DNA of 61,986 nt, counting the filler, from Globobulimina sp. (taxonomy: Eukaryota): assembly GCA_003354225.1 (NCBI GenBank). It is 20 parts of 20 records of this genome, joined end to end, with 100 filler letters (N's around TTAATTAATTAA, not from the genome) between each part and the next. Parts side by side here need not be neighbours in the genome. Positions count along the whole stretch, not along the records: positions 31,055 to 34,058 come from PIVH01004059.1; positions 34,159 to 37,162 come from PIVH01004060.1; positions 37,263 to 40,266 come from PIVH01004061.1; positions 40,367 to 43,370 come from PIVH01004062.1; 16 more parts are not named here. One strand, written 5' to 3'. Below are positions 31,455 through 43,370 of this stretch, in pieces. The notes under the pieces are model-generated. The model did no database searches and was not told the DNA's origin. It worked only from the letters and a program-made list of their open reading frames with translations. Numbering within the stretch: position 1 is the first letter of the stretch; each line of letters starts with the position of its first letter. The translations under genes and the position numbers were made by a program.

Positions 31455-32849
31455 TTATATACTATAGCTATTAATTAATTCCTTATAAATATTTTTTGCT
31501 TTATTCGATACTAAACCAATAAATTGATCCTTTAATTTCGATTGAAATAAATTTCCGCCATCACTACATTGCACATCATCCTCTACATTCTCATCCGCGC
31601 CATAAATACACTCATATTGTTCTTTAAAATCAACAGTTTCCGTATCTAAAAATTTCAAATTTTCTAAATGATAAATTAATGTCATTCGATAGTGTTTATT
31701 TTTATTCTCATCCATTGCGCAACACAACGGGTTGAATAACAATGACAAATATTCCAATTTCGGGCATTGTTGTTTTATAATCATTAGCAATGCATTGATA
31801 TCAGTCAAATTATTATTATTTAACCATAACGTTTTTAAATTTTTTAATTGCGGCAAATCAGCAATATGTTCCAATTTATTTCGATCCAATTGTAATGTTT
31901 CTAAGTTTGGGAAATATTTTAGCTGCTCCAACGACGATAATCTATTATTTGTCAATATTAATTTTTCAATTCCCGACGTTACATTTTTGCACAATGACAA
32001 AGGGATACTTTCCATATTTTGTCCGCTTAAATTTAATGTTTTATCATCTTCAGTTTCATCGTCAGATTCAATTAAATTGTCATTTCCCATCAAATTTTTA
32101 TAGTTTTTATCACGGAGATATTCAGACCATTTATGGAATGCGTTTTTGTCATTTGTATACAGATTAACTTTTTGTTTTTGGTTTGTTTGCGTTTTCGGGG
32201 TTATTTGAATGGATTTGTTCATTGTTTGCAATTCCAAAGCAAATCTTTGTGGATTATTTAAGTTGATATAACCACAGAAAATGTCCCTTGTTTCGTTGTT
32301 GTAGAATTTTAAAAAATTGATGCCATTCAAAACAAAATAATAATTATTTACGCCATTTAATTGTAAAAATGATTCAAATATAATGTCTGAATACGAGTAT
32401 AATTCATTGGATATATATATGAGCCATGACATAAATGAATCGCTGTTGTTTGCGGATAATTTGTAAGTTCGTTTTGGTGTTATTAAGTATATCAAAAAAG
32501 ATCGATTGGGATTTCGTGATTTGTACATGTTACATTTATAATTATCTGAGAGTATTTTAATATATTTTGGTATGGATACTAATTCTGTTTCAGTGAGCAT
32601 TGATATTTCTGCGATTTCTATTTTCTGAACTTGCAATAAATTAATTGTTCCCAGCACGGCTTCACCATATTTTGTCGCAGATTCATAGTACGATAATTCA
32701 AATTGTTTATTTAGTACAAACCATCGTTTTTTCCATGATGCGTTGATCTTACCTCGTTTGAATAGTTCTCCTTCATATAATATTGTCGTTTGTGGCATAT
32801 AACTGTCACAAGTTTCGGTTGTTAATATACGTTCCAAATACAAATTCAT
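31455..32849 (-). CDS. PH-domain plus leucine-rich-repeat protein
   Basis: YEGELFKRG..NASWKKRWFVL (PH), a second degenerate PH, then SDS22-like LRRs with an LRRcap (YR..LI..L.NLK.LD). Confidence 0.88.
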   Translation of the reverse strand: MNLYLERILTTETCDSYMPQTTILYEGELFKRGKINASWKKRWFVLNKQFELSYYESATKYGEAVLGTINLLQVQKIEIAEISMLTETELVSIPKYIKILSDNYKCNMYKSRNPNRSFLIYLITPKRTYKLSANNSDSFMSWLIYISNELYSYSDIIFESFLQLNGVNNYYFVLNGINFLKFYNNETRDIFCGYINLNNPQRFALELQTMNKSIQITPKTQTNQKQKVNLYTNDKNAFHKWSEYLRDKNYKNLMGNDNLIESDDETEDDKTLNLSGQNMESIPLSLCKNVTSGIEKLILTNNRLSSLEQLKYFPNLETLQLDRNKLEHIADLPQLKNLKTLWLNNNNLTDINALLMIIKQQCPKLEYLSLLFNPLCCAMDENKNKHYRMTLIYHLENLKFLDTETVDFKEQYECIYGADENVEDDVQCSDGGNLFQSKLKDQFIGLVSNKAKNIYKELINSYSI

Positions 32850-33320
32850 GGTAATATTTGCAGCAGCTTATATTTAAAAATAACAATAAAGTGTTACTGT
32901 GGGTGGCATTAATGTCGGCGGGTGAGCGTTTGATTGTAGCTGAACTAGTTATAGCTCAAAACTCTCCTGAACTTTTCATTATGCCATTACTCCGAATACT
33001 ATTATTATAATTAGGCACCGTGCATTAATCAATTCTTTGGTTATATGATGAATACTTTTTTTAAAGGTGTGATGTTTTACATATTCGTATTTCACAACAA
33101 ATCTTCTCCACTTTTCGGAAGAAACAAACGTTGACAATGCATATGTAGAACGCATGCAACACGGAAACAAAAGCCAGGTAGATAATAATTACATGTTCAA
33201 CGCAATAATAAAGAGACAGATGAAAATAAGAGACGTCACAAATACCTCATTTTTTTTTTCCTATCATCTTAGTCGAATATCTATCTATACATAACAGAGG
33301 AATTCGACTTTCAATGCGTA

Positions 33321-34022
33321 ATGAATTTCCAAGCACAAATGATGATGAATACATTTACTTTATCAAACGTAATGTTAACAAAACAAATATTATTATCTTT
33401 CAAAAAACCCAACAAAATTGCTATATTTGATTGGGATGATACCTTATTCGCTACAACAGCAATAATTAAACAAGGTTGCAAAACTGTAAATAAATCAGAA
33501 TTAACAACATTTTCTGAATTAGTATTTCAAATTCTACGCAAATATACACAAACCTTTGGAGAACAAAACATATTTATTGTGACAAATGGATCACAAAAAT
33601 GGATTTTTCAATCTTTAAAAATACTCATACATTTCTGTCAAAACCATGCAATCAATAATTCATTCCCGTCAATATTTCAATATTTGTTAAACTCAAACAT
33701 TTCAATGATATCTGCGAACCATTTATATTCAGCAAAATATCCAAAACAAACAGCCGTTTGGAAATATTTAGTGTTTCAACAAATTGTCTCATTTAAAAAA
33801 CCAATATGTTTTATCTCAATCGGCGACTCTTTGGTTGAATATAACGCATCAAAGCAATTAATTGATTCGTATGATAATATTACTTTACATCGACTGAAAT
33901 TAAGAAATAATCCAACAATTAAACAAATGAATGAACAATTTAAATTAATAATATCTTTAGCAAACGCGTTCGATATACAGTCACAAGATATTACAATTGA
34001 TTATGAAAAAGAACTATCATAA
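33321..34022 (+). CDS. HAD-superfamily protein
   Basis: IFDWDDTLF, IVTNG, WK..VF and ISIGDS..EY motifs. Confidence 0.8.
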   Translation: MNFQAQMMMNTFTLSNVMLTKQILLSFKKPNKIAIFDWDDTLFATTAIIKQGCKTVNKSELTTFSELVFQILRKYTQTFGEQNIFIVTNGSQKWIFQSLKILIHFCQNHAINNSFPSIFQYLLNSNISMISANHLYSAKYPKQTAVWKYLVFQQIVSFKKPICFISIGDSLVEYNASKQLIDSYDNITLHRLKLRNNPTIKQMNEQFKLIISLANAFDIQSQDITIDYEKELS

Positions 34023-34158
34023 AACATAGACCTACGTATTATAATATTTCCGAACAAANNNNNNNNNNNNNNNNNNNNNNNNNNNNNNNNNNNNNNNNNN
34101 NNTTAATTAATTAANNNNNNNNNNNNNNNNNNNNNNNNNNNNNNNNNNNNNNNNNNNN

Positions 34159-36795
34159 ATCAAAGTGATTCTGTCCGACGCCAATATCCCCGGCGAAGGC
34201 GAGCATAAAATCGCGCAGTTTGTGCGTCGCTGTCGCGGCTTAAAAGGGTATGACCCGAATACGCGGCATGTGCTCTACGGCCTGGACGCGGACCTATTTA
34301 TGTTAGGTTTGGCGACGCACGAAATCTATTTCACCATCTTGCGCGAAGAGGTTCTATTCGGCAAAAACGCGCCGTGCCACAACTGCGGCATTGCGGGGCA
34401 TTGGGCCGATAAATGTACGAATCCGCCCAAATCCGCCGCAAAAGCCCGCGATCTGAGTCCGAGTCCGAAAGCCTTTGTGTTCGCAGACTTGGGCGTATTG
34501 CGCGAATATTTGGAGTACGAGCTGCGTTTAGAAGACTGCGAATGGTGGGATTTGGAGCGCGTCATCGACGACTTTGTCTTTTTGTGCTTCTTTGTGGGCA
34601 ATGACTTCCTGCCACATTTGCCCAGTCTGGAGATCCGCGAAGGTGCCATCGACAATTTATTGAAGTTCTACAAGTCATTTCTGCCCAAATTCGGAGGCTT
34701 TTTGACTGAAAACGGAGGGAAAGTCAACTTGCAGCGCGCCGGCGTCTTGTTGCAGAAATTGGGCGATATCGAGGACGAAGTGTTCAAAGCGCGCACCGAA
34801 AAGGAAGGGCATTGGAAGAGGCGCAATGAGCAGAAAAAAAGCACGCAACGCAAGGAGCGCATTTTCAAAAAGCAGCAAAAGCAAAGCAAGCAAAGCAATC
34901 AATACAACGACAAATACAAAGAACTCAACAACATCAACTTAAATGAGTGCAAATTGGAGGACGAGTTCGATGAATCGGCGGTGGAGTTCCTGCAGTTTTT
35001 CCACGAATATGAGCTGGTGCCGGACGCGCATTTCCTGGACAAAGACTTCGAGCATCAATTAAAAGCCATCCACCGTGCCAGCCAAGACGTGACTAAATGC
35101 AAAACCGTGTCGAAAGAGCCCGATTTGCGGTTCGGCACTGCCGGCTTTAAGCAGCGGTATTATATGAAGAAAATGAAGATGAATTACGAGGAAAAGCCGG
35201 CATTGCTCCAACAGTTAGTCTTCGAATACGTGCGCGGACTCTGCTGGGTCTTCAATTATTATTACAAAGAATGCGTATCATGGTCTTGGTTCTACCCCTT
35301 TCATTACGCGCCGTTCGCGTCGGACCTGAAAGGCATTGAGCTGCTGGAAGGCGACTTGGATTTCGCGGCCATCAAATCGGCGCCGTTCTCGCCGTACGGA
35401 CAGTTAATGGGAGTGCTGCCGGCGGTGAGTGGCAAGATCGCGTTGCCGGCGCCGTTCAGCAAACTGATGTACGAGTCGTCGTCGCCGATCATCGACTTTT
35501 ACCCAACGGATTTCCAGCTGGATCTGAATGGCAAAATGTACAATTGGCAGGCCGTGGTTTTGCTGCCTTTCGTGGACGCGGCGAGGTTGCAGAAAACGAT
35601 CAAACCGTTGGAAGAGGCGTTGGATGCGGAACATCGGCGCATGAATGGCGTCGGCGACACGCTGCTCTTCGTCAATGCGAGCCACTCATTGTCGCGGATC
35701 ATAGGCCCGCTGTATGAGAGCAAGGAGCGCGACGGCGACAAAATCGCGGTGGATCGCAACTTATCGCAAGGGATCAATGGCTATTTGGCGGCGTGCCACG
35801 GGGTGCGAGATGGCGGCATATTGTCCGGCAAACCGTTGGTGCCGCCCAAGGCGATGAAGAATACGGCGTTTGAGGTGGTGGAGGAAGGCGTGGATGTCAT
35901 GTCGTGTTCGTATGAGTTGCCGCCGGACCATGCCCATAAAAGCAAGCTGTTGGACGGCGTGCGGCCGCCGGAGCCGTTTTTGGATGCGGCGGATTTCGAG
36001 CACATGGAACGGGCGCCGCGCTTTGGCAAACCGCGGCATTTTAAGCGGCGCGATACGCACTATAATTATAACCGAGGCTGGGACGCCAATATCGGATATG
36101 CCGGCGGCAAATATAAGGCCAAACATGAGCAGAACGCGCAGTATGAGCTGCATTATCAGCCCACGCGGCGGGAATACGAGGCGGCGCACAGTGGCGGGGC
36201 ACACAAGAAATGGGTGGCGAAGGGCGCGAAGACGAGCAACGTTAACAATAATGGGCCATATAAGTCTGTTGTCCATTTCCCTGCATTTGAGCCGTACCCA
36301 AATCAGTGCGATGTGTGGAGTCATCGGCCGGTAAATGCGCCGTACTCTGTTGATCCACAGATTGATTTGTCTCACTCTCACATTGCGTTTGCAAACACAA
36401 ATAATAGGAATTATCCCAAGTATCAGAGCAATGCGAGGCGTTATAACCCGCAGCCGCAGCGGAGTCATAATCAGAGTCAGAGTCAGAGTCAAAGTCAGAG
36501 TCTGAATTATCAGCAGCAGCAAGGATATGCGCCATATTATAATCAGTATCAAGCTCCGCAGCAAAGCCATCAACAATGGTATCCGCAGCAGACATATCCG
36601 GGCAATAACTATCAGCAGCAATATTACAATAATTATTATTATCAAAACCCGTACCAACAAGCGGCGTATTATCAAAACCAAACAGCGCAACAACAACAAC
36701 AACAAAGTTATGCGCCGCCGCAGCAGCAATATCAAGCGGTGCAGAATAATAATTATCGGAATCAGCAAGGAAATAAAAGTCAAAATCAAGTTTAG
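34159..36795 (+). CDS. XRN2: 5'-3' exoribonuclease 2, 5'-partial
   Basis: SDANIPGEGEHKI, YGLDADL, CCHC knuckle, VGNDFLPHLPSLEIREGAID, SWSWFYPFHYAPFASD; Q/N/Y-rich tail. Confidence 0.95.
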   Translation: MKVILSDANIPGEGEHKIAQFVRRCRGLKGYDPNTRHVLYGLDADLFMLGLATHEIYFTILREEVLFGKNAPCHNCGIAGHWADKCTNPPKSAAKARDLSPSPKAFVFADLGVLREYLEYELRLEDCEWWDLERVIDDFVFLCFFVGNDFLPHLPSLEIREGAIDNLLKFYKSFLPKFGGFLTENGGKVNLQRAGVLLQKLGDIEDEVFKARTEKEGHWKRRNEQKKSTQRKERIFKKQQKQSKQSNQYNDKYKELNNINLNECKLEDEFDESAVEFLQFFHEYELVPDAHFLDKDFEHQLKAIHRASQDVTKCKTVSKEPDLRFGTAGFKQRYYMKKMKMNYEEKPALLQQLVFEYVRGLCWVFNYYYKECVSWSWFYPFHYAPFASDLKGIELLEGDLDFAAIKSAPFSPYGQLMGVLPAVSGKIALPAPFSKLMYESSSPIIDFYPTDFQLDLNGKMYNWQAVVLLPFVDAARLQKTIKPLEEALDAEHRRMNGVGDTLLFVNASHSLSRIIGPLYESKERDGDKIAVDRNLSQGINGYLAACHGVRDGGILSGKPLVPPKAMKNTAFEVVEEGVDVMSCSYELPPDHAHKSKLLDGVRPPEPFLDAADFEHMERAPRFGKPRHFKRRDTHYNYNRGWDANIGYAGGKYKAKHEQNAQYELHYQPTRREYEAAHSGGAHKKWVAKGAKTSNVNNNGPYKSVVHFPAFEPYPNQCDVWSHRPVNAPYSVDPQIDLSHSHIAFANTNNRNYPKYQSNARRYNPQPQRSHNQSQSQSQSQSLNYQQQQGYAPYYNQYQAPQQSHQQWYPQQTYPGNNYQQQYYNNYYYQNPYQQAAYYQNQTAQQQQQQSYAPPQQQYQAVQNNNYRNQQGNKSQNQV

Positions 36796-37569
36796 TTTGT
36801 TGAATGATTTGATTTGTTTTGTAATGAAGTAATATTGTTTGTTTTTGTTGGCACAGAATTCAAAAAAATGGGGCTAAAATGGTTTAATTTGGATATTGGG
36901 ATATTTGATAAATTAAAATTGTGTTTTTTTGTTTGAATGTTCTTAATAATTTCTTACGTAATCAACATTTCCATGAACAGCAAACAATTTAAGCAAATGA
37001 TCCTTTTTGGAATGTGTTTGCGTCGTTTTAATGGTGCTATTTATTTCTTCTTTGCTATCTAATTTCCACGGATTCCACTCAATAATTCAATCACTGCCAT
37101 TATTTTGTGAGTCATCTTCCTTTCTAGATTTAGAACCACAGGTTTCTATGTTTCGAGGTTTCNNNNNNNNNNNNNNNNNNNNNNNNNNNNNNNNNNNNNN
37201 NNNNNNTTAATTAATTAANNNNNNNNNNNNNNNNNNNNNNNNNNNNNNNNNNNNNNNNNNNNATTGATGTTATGCTTAAAGTGACAGTAATGAGAGGGGA
37301 ACAAAACGCAGCAAAGAGCCACAGCTCAATTGCCAGTTATCACGAGATATGGACAAAATAAATATTAAAATCCACCAAAAAAACATATCATGTACAAAAA
37401 TAAAAAAAAAACACACAAAAACAAACAAACACAAAAACAAACAAACACAAACAACCGCCTTGATATACGACAGTTTTCTCTCTTCTTTCCAACCGCCGTC
37501 ATGACGGAATGCTATCTCTCAATCTCGCCGCATTGATATACGGCATTCGATATCCATTCCCGCCACATT

Positions 37570-37737
37570 CACCAAAATATTACCTCTTTCAATCGCATCT
37601 TTATAAAATGTTTCTTTGTCATACGCATAGAATTCATTACAGAAAATATCATAAACAGAGTGTCGAACCCATCGGTCTTTCGGATTGATTATGTATCGAA
37701 AATGATACGGTGTCACGTAGCGTAGACCTTTAATGAG
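37570..37737 (-). pseudogene. RluA/RPUSD2-type pseudouridine synthase N-terminal fragment
   Basis: IKGLRYVTPYHFRYIINPKDRW....YDIFCNEF....FYKDAIERGNILVN; flanked by stops, catalytic domain absent. Confidence 0.6.
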
Positions 37738-38252
37738 TTAATTACAATATAGAAATTTCGAAAAAATTCCTGAAAAAAGACAAGCATTTTATACTTTAAC
37801 TGATCGAATAAAAATACCGTTACAAATGACATATTTTGGCAAAGATCCTAATAACCCAGACTCCATAAATGCAGTTGATACTTGACACACAAATAAGATA
37901 ATGTTTGTTAAAAATGTGGCATCGCAGATTTTCATAAAAATGTGGGGACACCACCTAAATGAAAAAGACGCCACAATGTGAGCGATTCTAATGAACTGAT
38001 CATTCAGTGTGTACCCATCATCGCATATTTTGGCCAGATATGACCGGTCATTGGTGGAGCAATGACCGGTCATCGGTATAAATTGTATAAATTATGCTTG
38101 TATACCATGAATTGTTAGATCTATGATTTATATGATTTATATAAATTGTATAAATTATAGTGCGCTTTTAGACTAAACTAACTAAAAATTGTTAGACAAG
38201 CATTGTAGATATCACACATATCAATCATATCATAAATATACAAGTTTTTTAA

Positions 38253-39230
38253 TTATATCATTGCCTCTCGTTCCTCGTTTACAGTTTGATCTGCTTCAAC
38301 TTGTTCATATTGTGTTTTATCGGGATAAAAATTGCCGCAGCAAGCATTACATAATCGACATAATACGGCATAACCGTTTTTACTAAAAGGCAACAACAAA
38401 ACAGCACAACAGTCATCAAATGCCATATCAATCCATGCCAACATAAAATATGCTCGAAAATTATTCACCAAACAAAAAAAAAAAAGCCATGTTGTTAAAC
38501 TGCCGCAAAATAATAATACATTTCCACGAATCACTTCATTTCTAATCTCCAACGACAACGTAGTTCGCGATAATTTATAATAGCTTTGCATCAAAAATAA
38601 AAAATAAACAACATCGGCAACGCCAGACATTCCACCGCCTACCTTTCGTAACACATTATCAATATCTGAGGTGTCATTCACAAACGATACCATTTGCAAA
38701 TTGTCACCAAATCCCGCCACAAATAATAACTCATCGGTTGGGTTATAAATAATTATGTCGCCGATCGCGAACATTAAACTGCCGCATACCGTCATAACAC
38801 TCGCAAACACAGTCACACCATTCAATAATGCCATACTTACACCGCTTTCATTGACCTTATTCGCTAAATGTTTAATATGGTAAAGAAATGTTACATAAAA
38901 TGTGAATTTAGAAGTACTCCAAAAGGCGGCTGCATAGCCATCGCCAGCGGTTACCACACGTCCAGCTGCTGCATAATCCCAATTAATTATAAAGTTATTA
39001 TCGAAAAATAAACCAATTAAACCAGTTAATAAGGAAAAAAATATGGATATTGCAGTGTATAAAAAATATTTGGATCCAACTGTCACTGATCCTTTATTGG
39101 ATTTGTACACTGAATACAACATTAATAATAATACACTACCAATGGTGATATGGATAATACCGAATATAACACGTCCTACGAAATAGGCACGACCTATTTG
39201 CGCAAACTCACTTATTTCTGCATCCGCCAT
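38253..39230 (-). CDS. Multi-pass (about 7-TM) receptor-like membrane protein
   Basis: About seven hydrophobic segments and a C-terminal Y..LC..C..CC helix. Confidence 0.65.
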   Translation of the reverse strand: MADAEISEFAQIGRAYFVGRVIFGIIHITIGSVLLLMLYSVYKSNKGSVTVGSKYFLYTAISIFFSLLTGLIGLFFDNNFIINWDYAAAGRVVTAGDGYAAAFWSTSKFTFYVTFLYHIKHLANKVNESGVSMALLNGVTVFASVMTVCGSLMFAIGDIIIYNPTDELLFVAGFGDNLQMVSFVNDTSDIDNVLRKVGGGMSGVADVVYFLFLMQSYYKLSRTTLSLEIRNEVIRGNVLLFCGSLTTWLFFFCLVNNFRAYFMLAWIDMAFDDCCAVLLLPFSKNGYAVLCRLCNACCGNFYPDKTQYEQVEADQTVNEEREAMI

Positions 39231-39277
39231 TGTTGTTATATATAATTATATACTAAAAAAAACTTTTTTACATTTTT

Positions 39278-39961
39278 ATGAGAAGAGCCAGGCGATTACA
39301 TCCGGAGAGCAAAGGCCAAATAGTAACATATCGTGGGGGTGGCATTAAATTTGAGGTTTTAACCTATCCCGGATCAGTATCAAAATACAGAAATGGAAAT
39401 CTAACAATAAATGATGTACTAATGGTTCAAACTATATTTCGACAGATTTCAAGAAGTAAAATTGCCAAAATAACAGACATAAAACGAGTATTTCAAACAA
39501 CAGATACACAGAAATGTTATAAACAAATTTTAGACGAAGGAGTTATTCAAATATCGACTACAAAGCGTCGTAAACACAAAAAAGATGTAATACAATATAT
39601 TCATAATAATTTTATTGAGCCCATTACAAAGGGAAAATATCCAAAAAAAGCAATAGAAAAATTTATAGCAAGAAATAATATCAATGTCGATGATAATAAA
39701 TTTGATATTGATGTTGCAGCTCAATCACAAATAATCGTAGATATGATGGAATATCCAACCTATTTTAGCAAAAAACAAGAAACAACAAAAATGAGTCAGA
39801 AAACGTTTTTGTTTTTTATGGCGGAAAAAAAATATAAAAAAATGTACAGAAAAGAGCAGCAACGGGCAAAAAAAGCTGAAAAATTAAAAAATCCTATCAC
39901 AACACAAAAAAATAGTGTCTTTTTGTCGTGTGATGATGACATTGTATTTTCATTTGTATAA
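39278..39961 (+). CDS. SBDS/Sdo1-like protein (divergent, short)
   Basis: KFEVLTYP..V.KYRNG...INDVL...IF....KIAK..DIK.VF.T.D...IL..G.IQ.ST..RR and IEP.T...YP motifs. Confidence 0.8.
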   Translation: MRRARRLHPESKGQIVTYRGGGIKFEVLTYPGSVSKYRNGNLTINDVLMVQTIFRQISRSKIAKITDIKRVFQTTDTQKCYKQILDEGVIQISTTKRRKHKKDVIQYIHNNFIEPITKGKYPKKAIEKFIARNNINVDDNKFDIDVAAQSQIIVDMMEYPTYFSKKQETTKMSQKTFLFFMAEKKYKKMYRKEQQRAKKAEKLKNPITTQKNSVFLSCDDDIVFSFV

Positions 39962-40366
39962 TCATTCCATCCGTTCATTTATGAACATGGCCATCCAAAT
40001 ATTCATAACTAATAATTTTCCAAACTGGGAATTGGCACACGAACTCCAAGTAAGAAATTTTTTGCGGGAGAATAATTATAATAATAATGTTTTGAGGGAG
40101 AATAGTCAGAAACAAGATTCCCCATCTTTTGATTAACTTTATTATTATACTCATTATAGTTTTGAAGTTGGATGAGTTTGAGTTTGAGGATTGTGACATG
40201 GTGCTTTTTTTCAAACTGTTTTTTTTTTAATTTCTTCACTACTCACTACTCACTATACCATCCTTTNNNNNNNNNNNNNNNNNNNNNNNNNNNNNNNNNN
40301 NNNNNNNNNNTTAATTAATTAANNNNNNNNNNNNNNNNNNNNNNNNNNNNNNNNNNNNNNNNNNNN

Positions 40367-40506
40367 CATTGTCAATGCAAATATTGACAACTTATTCAGC
40401 TCATTGAGTGATATCACATGCTTGGTATGTATCGGAATACTATGGTTCACGCAATTTGGTCTCGCAAATACATCATTCACAGATTTAACGTATGATGATA
40501 TTTCAT
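40367..40506 (+). repeat. 140-bp direct repeat, copy 1 (copy 2 at 43081-43220)
   Basis: The two copies differ by 3 substitutions and lie 2714 bp apart. Confidence 0.95.
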
Positions 40507-40754
40507 GCCGTTCAGACGCGCAAAAACATGCATTGTATGTTTAAACTATTTCTTTGGGTAACTATGGCTTACTATGCGTATGAGGAAGACAGCAAACACA
40601 GGAAAGTATAATTATAATAAAATATGGACTTAGCTTGTTTGTTCACATATTGATATGCCATTTGATTGATGCATAACCTTTTTGCTAGGACAAAAGTTGT
40701 CGTCTTCTGTCTCTAAAACAAAACTTTTCTTACAGTAATATCTACTAAACAGCC

Positions 40755-43220
40755 ATGGCAAACCTAAAAACAGACAAAAGATTGGTTTGTGGTCAATGCG
40801 GTGACGATCAGTGGAAATTATACAAAAAGCCACGCGGTTACCTCAATCCCAAATGTAATCCATGTCAAAAAAGAAGAGATTGCTACATATGCAGTGGTTG
40901 TAGCAATTCATTTTGCGAACAATGCGGTGAACAAAATAAAGAGATAATATATTTGCTATCACAGAACATGAAACAAATAACAGTGAATAATTTGAAAGAA
41001 GTAATACAAACTATGTTACAATATACAAACATACATCGAAACGACCACTTTGAGGATATAATCAAATCATTATTATGCTACAACAGTGCAGAAGCAATCT
41101 CATTCTATCAACAAACACTCGATCAACACCATGTTACAAAGCAAAAAACATTCTACAATGAATACATTGCAGCAAATATATTCGATTTGATAACCACATT
41201 GGAACTCCAACCGTTAGTCTTAAAAGAATGCCTGAATTACTTGGACCGCCCTGACAAAGTCTTTGAGCACAAAGCCATTCACTCTCTCATCGATCAGTAC
41301 TTCCTTAAACATAGCAAACAAGCCGAAGAAAAAGAGGGTACAAAGGGTGCATCTGACAGAATATTACAATGCATTGTTGTATGTGTTACACATAACGCTG
41401 AGGTTATGAACCAAAATGGCGATGAATTCTGCTTCAAACCACTAATATATTTATTTTTAAATTATTTTAAATATGAAACTGAAGTTAAAGTGTTCACTGA
41501 TGCATTGGATAACATTTTAAATGTTAAAGGTTTAATCGATGTGTTTGAATTAGTTGGTATATATTATAGCATTCAGACAACAGACAAAACTAAATTGAGA
41601 ATTGTGCAATGCATTCCATTGATATTCAAACTGTTTCCGGAATTATTGCTGTCAAAGAAAAATGGTGACAATTTATTGTCATATGCTGCTGCTGCAGAAG
41701 TTGGGTCAAATGGTGGCGATGCTGGAAAGCAGGAAACAGCGAATGATTTGGTGCAATTATTGAATGACAAACAGGCTTTGCAACAGTATGCGGAACCAAT
41801 GTTTGATCGATATCCGGAACATAGAGATAGGAAATCTATTGATTGGATCATGAATAATGACGAAAAAATGGCTGCGTATGAAGTGAAAGAAGGTTTGCTA
41901 TTTATTATTAAAGCTATACTTTCTATAATTAATCTGTAAATATTATACGAAAAAGGTGATATGACACAAGTGGAGGAGGCTGGTTATAACCTTCCTGGTT
42001 TAGAGAGAGCATTGTTATCAGTGAACGTATCAGAAGTTGTACTTGCAAACAATAAGAATTATTGTTATTTAATAAAGTGGTTGCTTTTATATTTAATTAT
42101 TTGCAGTGTACAGATTGTTACCGCAACATTGCAGTTTATGGTATTGTATGTTGCTGATAAATGCTCATTGAATGGCAGCTCCCATGAAATTGAATGCATT
42201 GCTCTATTTTGTCTGACTTTATTGCCGTTTGTGTTCGTTTTATTATTTAGGAGATCTGAGGAGCGCACTGTTGAATATCTAACATTTTTGGCAGTATTGA
42301 TTATGATTTGGTGCGTTGTATTTGGATTAAGTATTAATGGTTATATTATGTGGCGAGATAATATATTTTGTGCGAATAATAACTGGCAGAGAGTAATAAA
42401 GATATTGTTTATGGTTTGCATTATTGAACAAGCATTTGTATCTTTTGCTGTTTTGTGTTTTATAATTTATAAAGCGATGCGAAAATATGTCATACTGTCA
42501 ACGCTGGCCATATTTGTTGGTATTAGTTGTATTCAAATGATTGCGTGTATTATGCAATTGGTACTCGTATTTGATGATAAATGCAGAATGAATGATGCAG
42601 CGGTTTATAAAACAGAATCGATTTTGTTGTGCATACTGTATTCCGCAGCAATATTAGTGGCAATCAGTGGATTGAGAGACAAAATGAAAGCTGCAATCTG
42701 TGGAACGATATGGTTTATGTTATTTGGATTAAGCATTCATTCGTACACAATATGGCAGGATGATATTTCGTGTGCAAATAATATGCTTTTCGTTTAACAA
42801 TGATTTCATTTTTTATAATTTGGTTTTCCGAGCAAATAATAGCAATGGTTGGTGCAGCGATATTTTTCTTGCGTGATGCCATAACAAATGATCCTATGCT
42901 TATCGCAATTGGCTGTGGGATATTTTGTCTTTTCTGCAGTGTGATAGCTGTACCAATAACAGCGAGTTTATTACAAATCATATACATTGCAAATGATTCC
43001 TGCACTGGAATTGCCTCAACAGCAATTTCTTTATTTATCGTAACCATTTTACTGATTACAATGTACATTGGTTTATTTTTCATTGTCAATGCAAATATTG
43101 ACAACTTATTCAGCTCATTGAGTGATATCACATGCTTGGTATGCATCGGAATACTATGGTTCACGCAATTTGGCCTCGCAAATACATCATTCACAGCTTT
43201 AACGTATGATGATATTTCAT
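40755..43220 (+). CDS. Cys-rich zinc-finger plus helical domain plus three repeated TM modules (intron 41893-41955; frameshift near 42790)
   Basis: CGQC..C..C..CSGC..FCEQC at the N-terminus. A GT-AG intron joins to the 41961 ORF in frame. Three modules end IW..FGL.......DD/NI.C. Confidence 0.55.
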
Positions 43221-43224
43221 CGTC

Positions 43225-43370
43225 GTTGGGGCTTTTAACTACTTTTTGGAGGAGGTCAGTAAAATGAGAAGATTTATTCCACTATTCGCGTGTACCCTTA
43301 TTCTGGCGTTGTCGCCCATGGGATTCACCACGGAGTTCAACACAGACGGCGATACCGAGGGTTGGTTGCC
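43225..43370 (+). other. Bacterial gene start fused to the contig end
   Basis: Shine-Dalgarno GGAGGAGG (43248-43255), ATG at 43264, signal peptide MRRFIPLFACTLILALS then EFNTDGDTEGW. Confidence 0.75.

Noticed and set aside
35761-36789. 342-aa hydrophobic antisense ORF (and similar ones at 30276-30950, 50652-51092, 57988-58695)
   Set aside because: These are shadows of low-complexity N/Q/K-rich or GC-rich sense genes.
38040-38073. Two copies of the palindrome ATGACCGGTCAT forming a small hairpin
   Set aside because: Short and single, with no TSD or linked function; at most a repeat remnant.
9320-43370. Bacterial fragments as genuine horizontal gene transfers
   Set aside because: All three lie at contig ends and truncate host genes, two via clear microhomology, which fits amplification chimeras.
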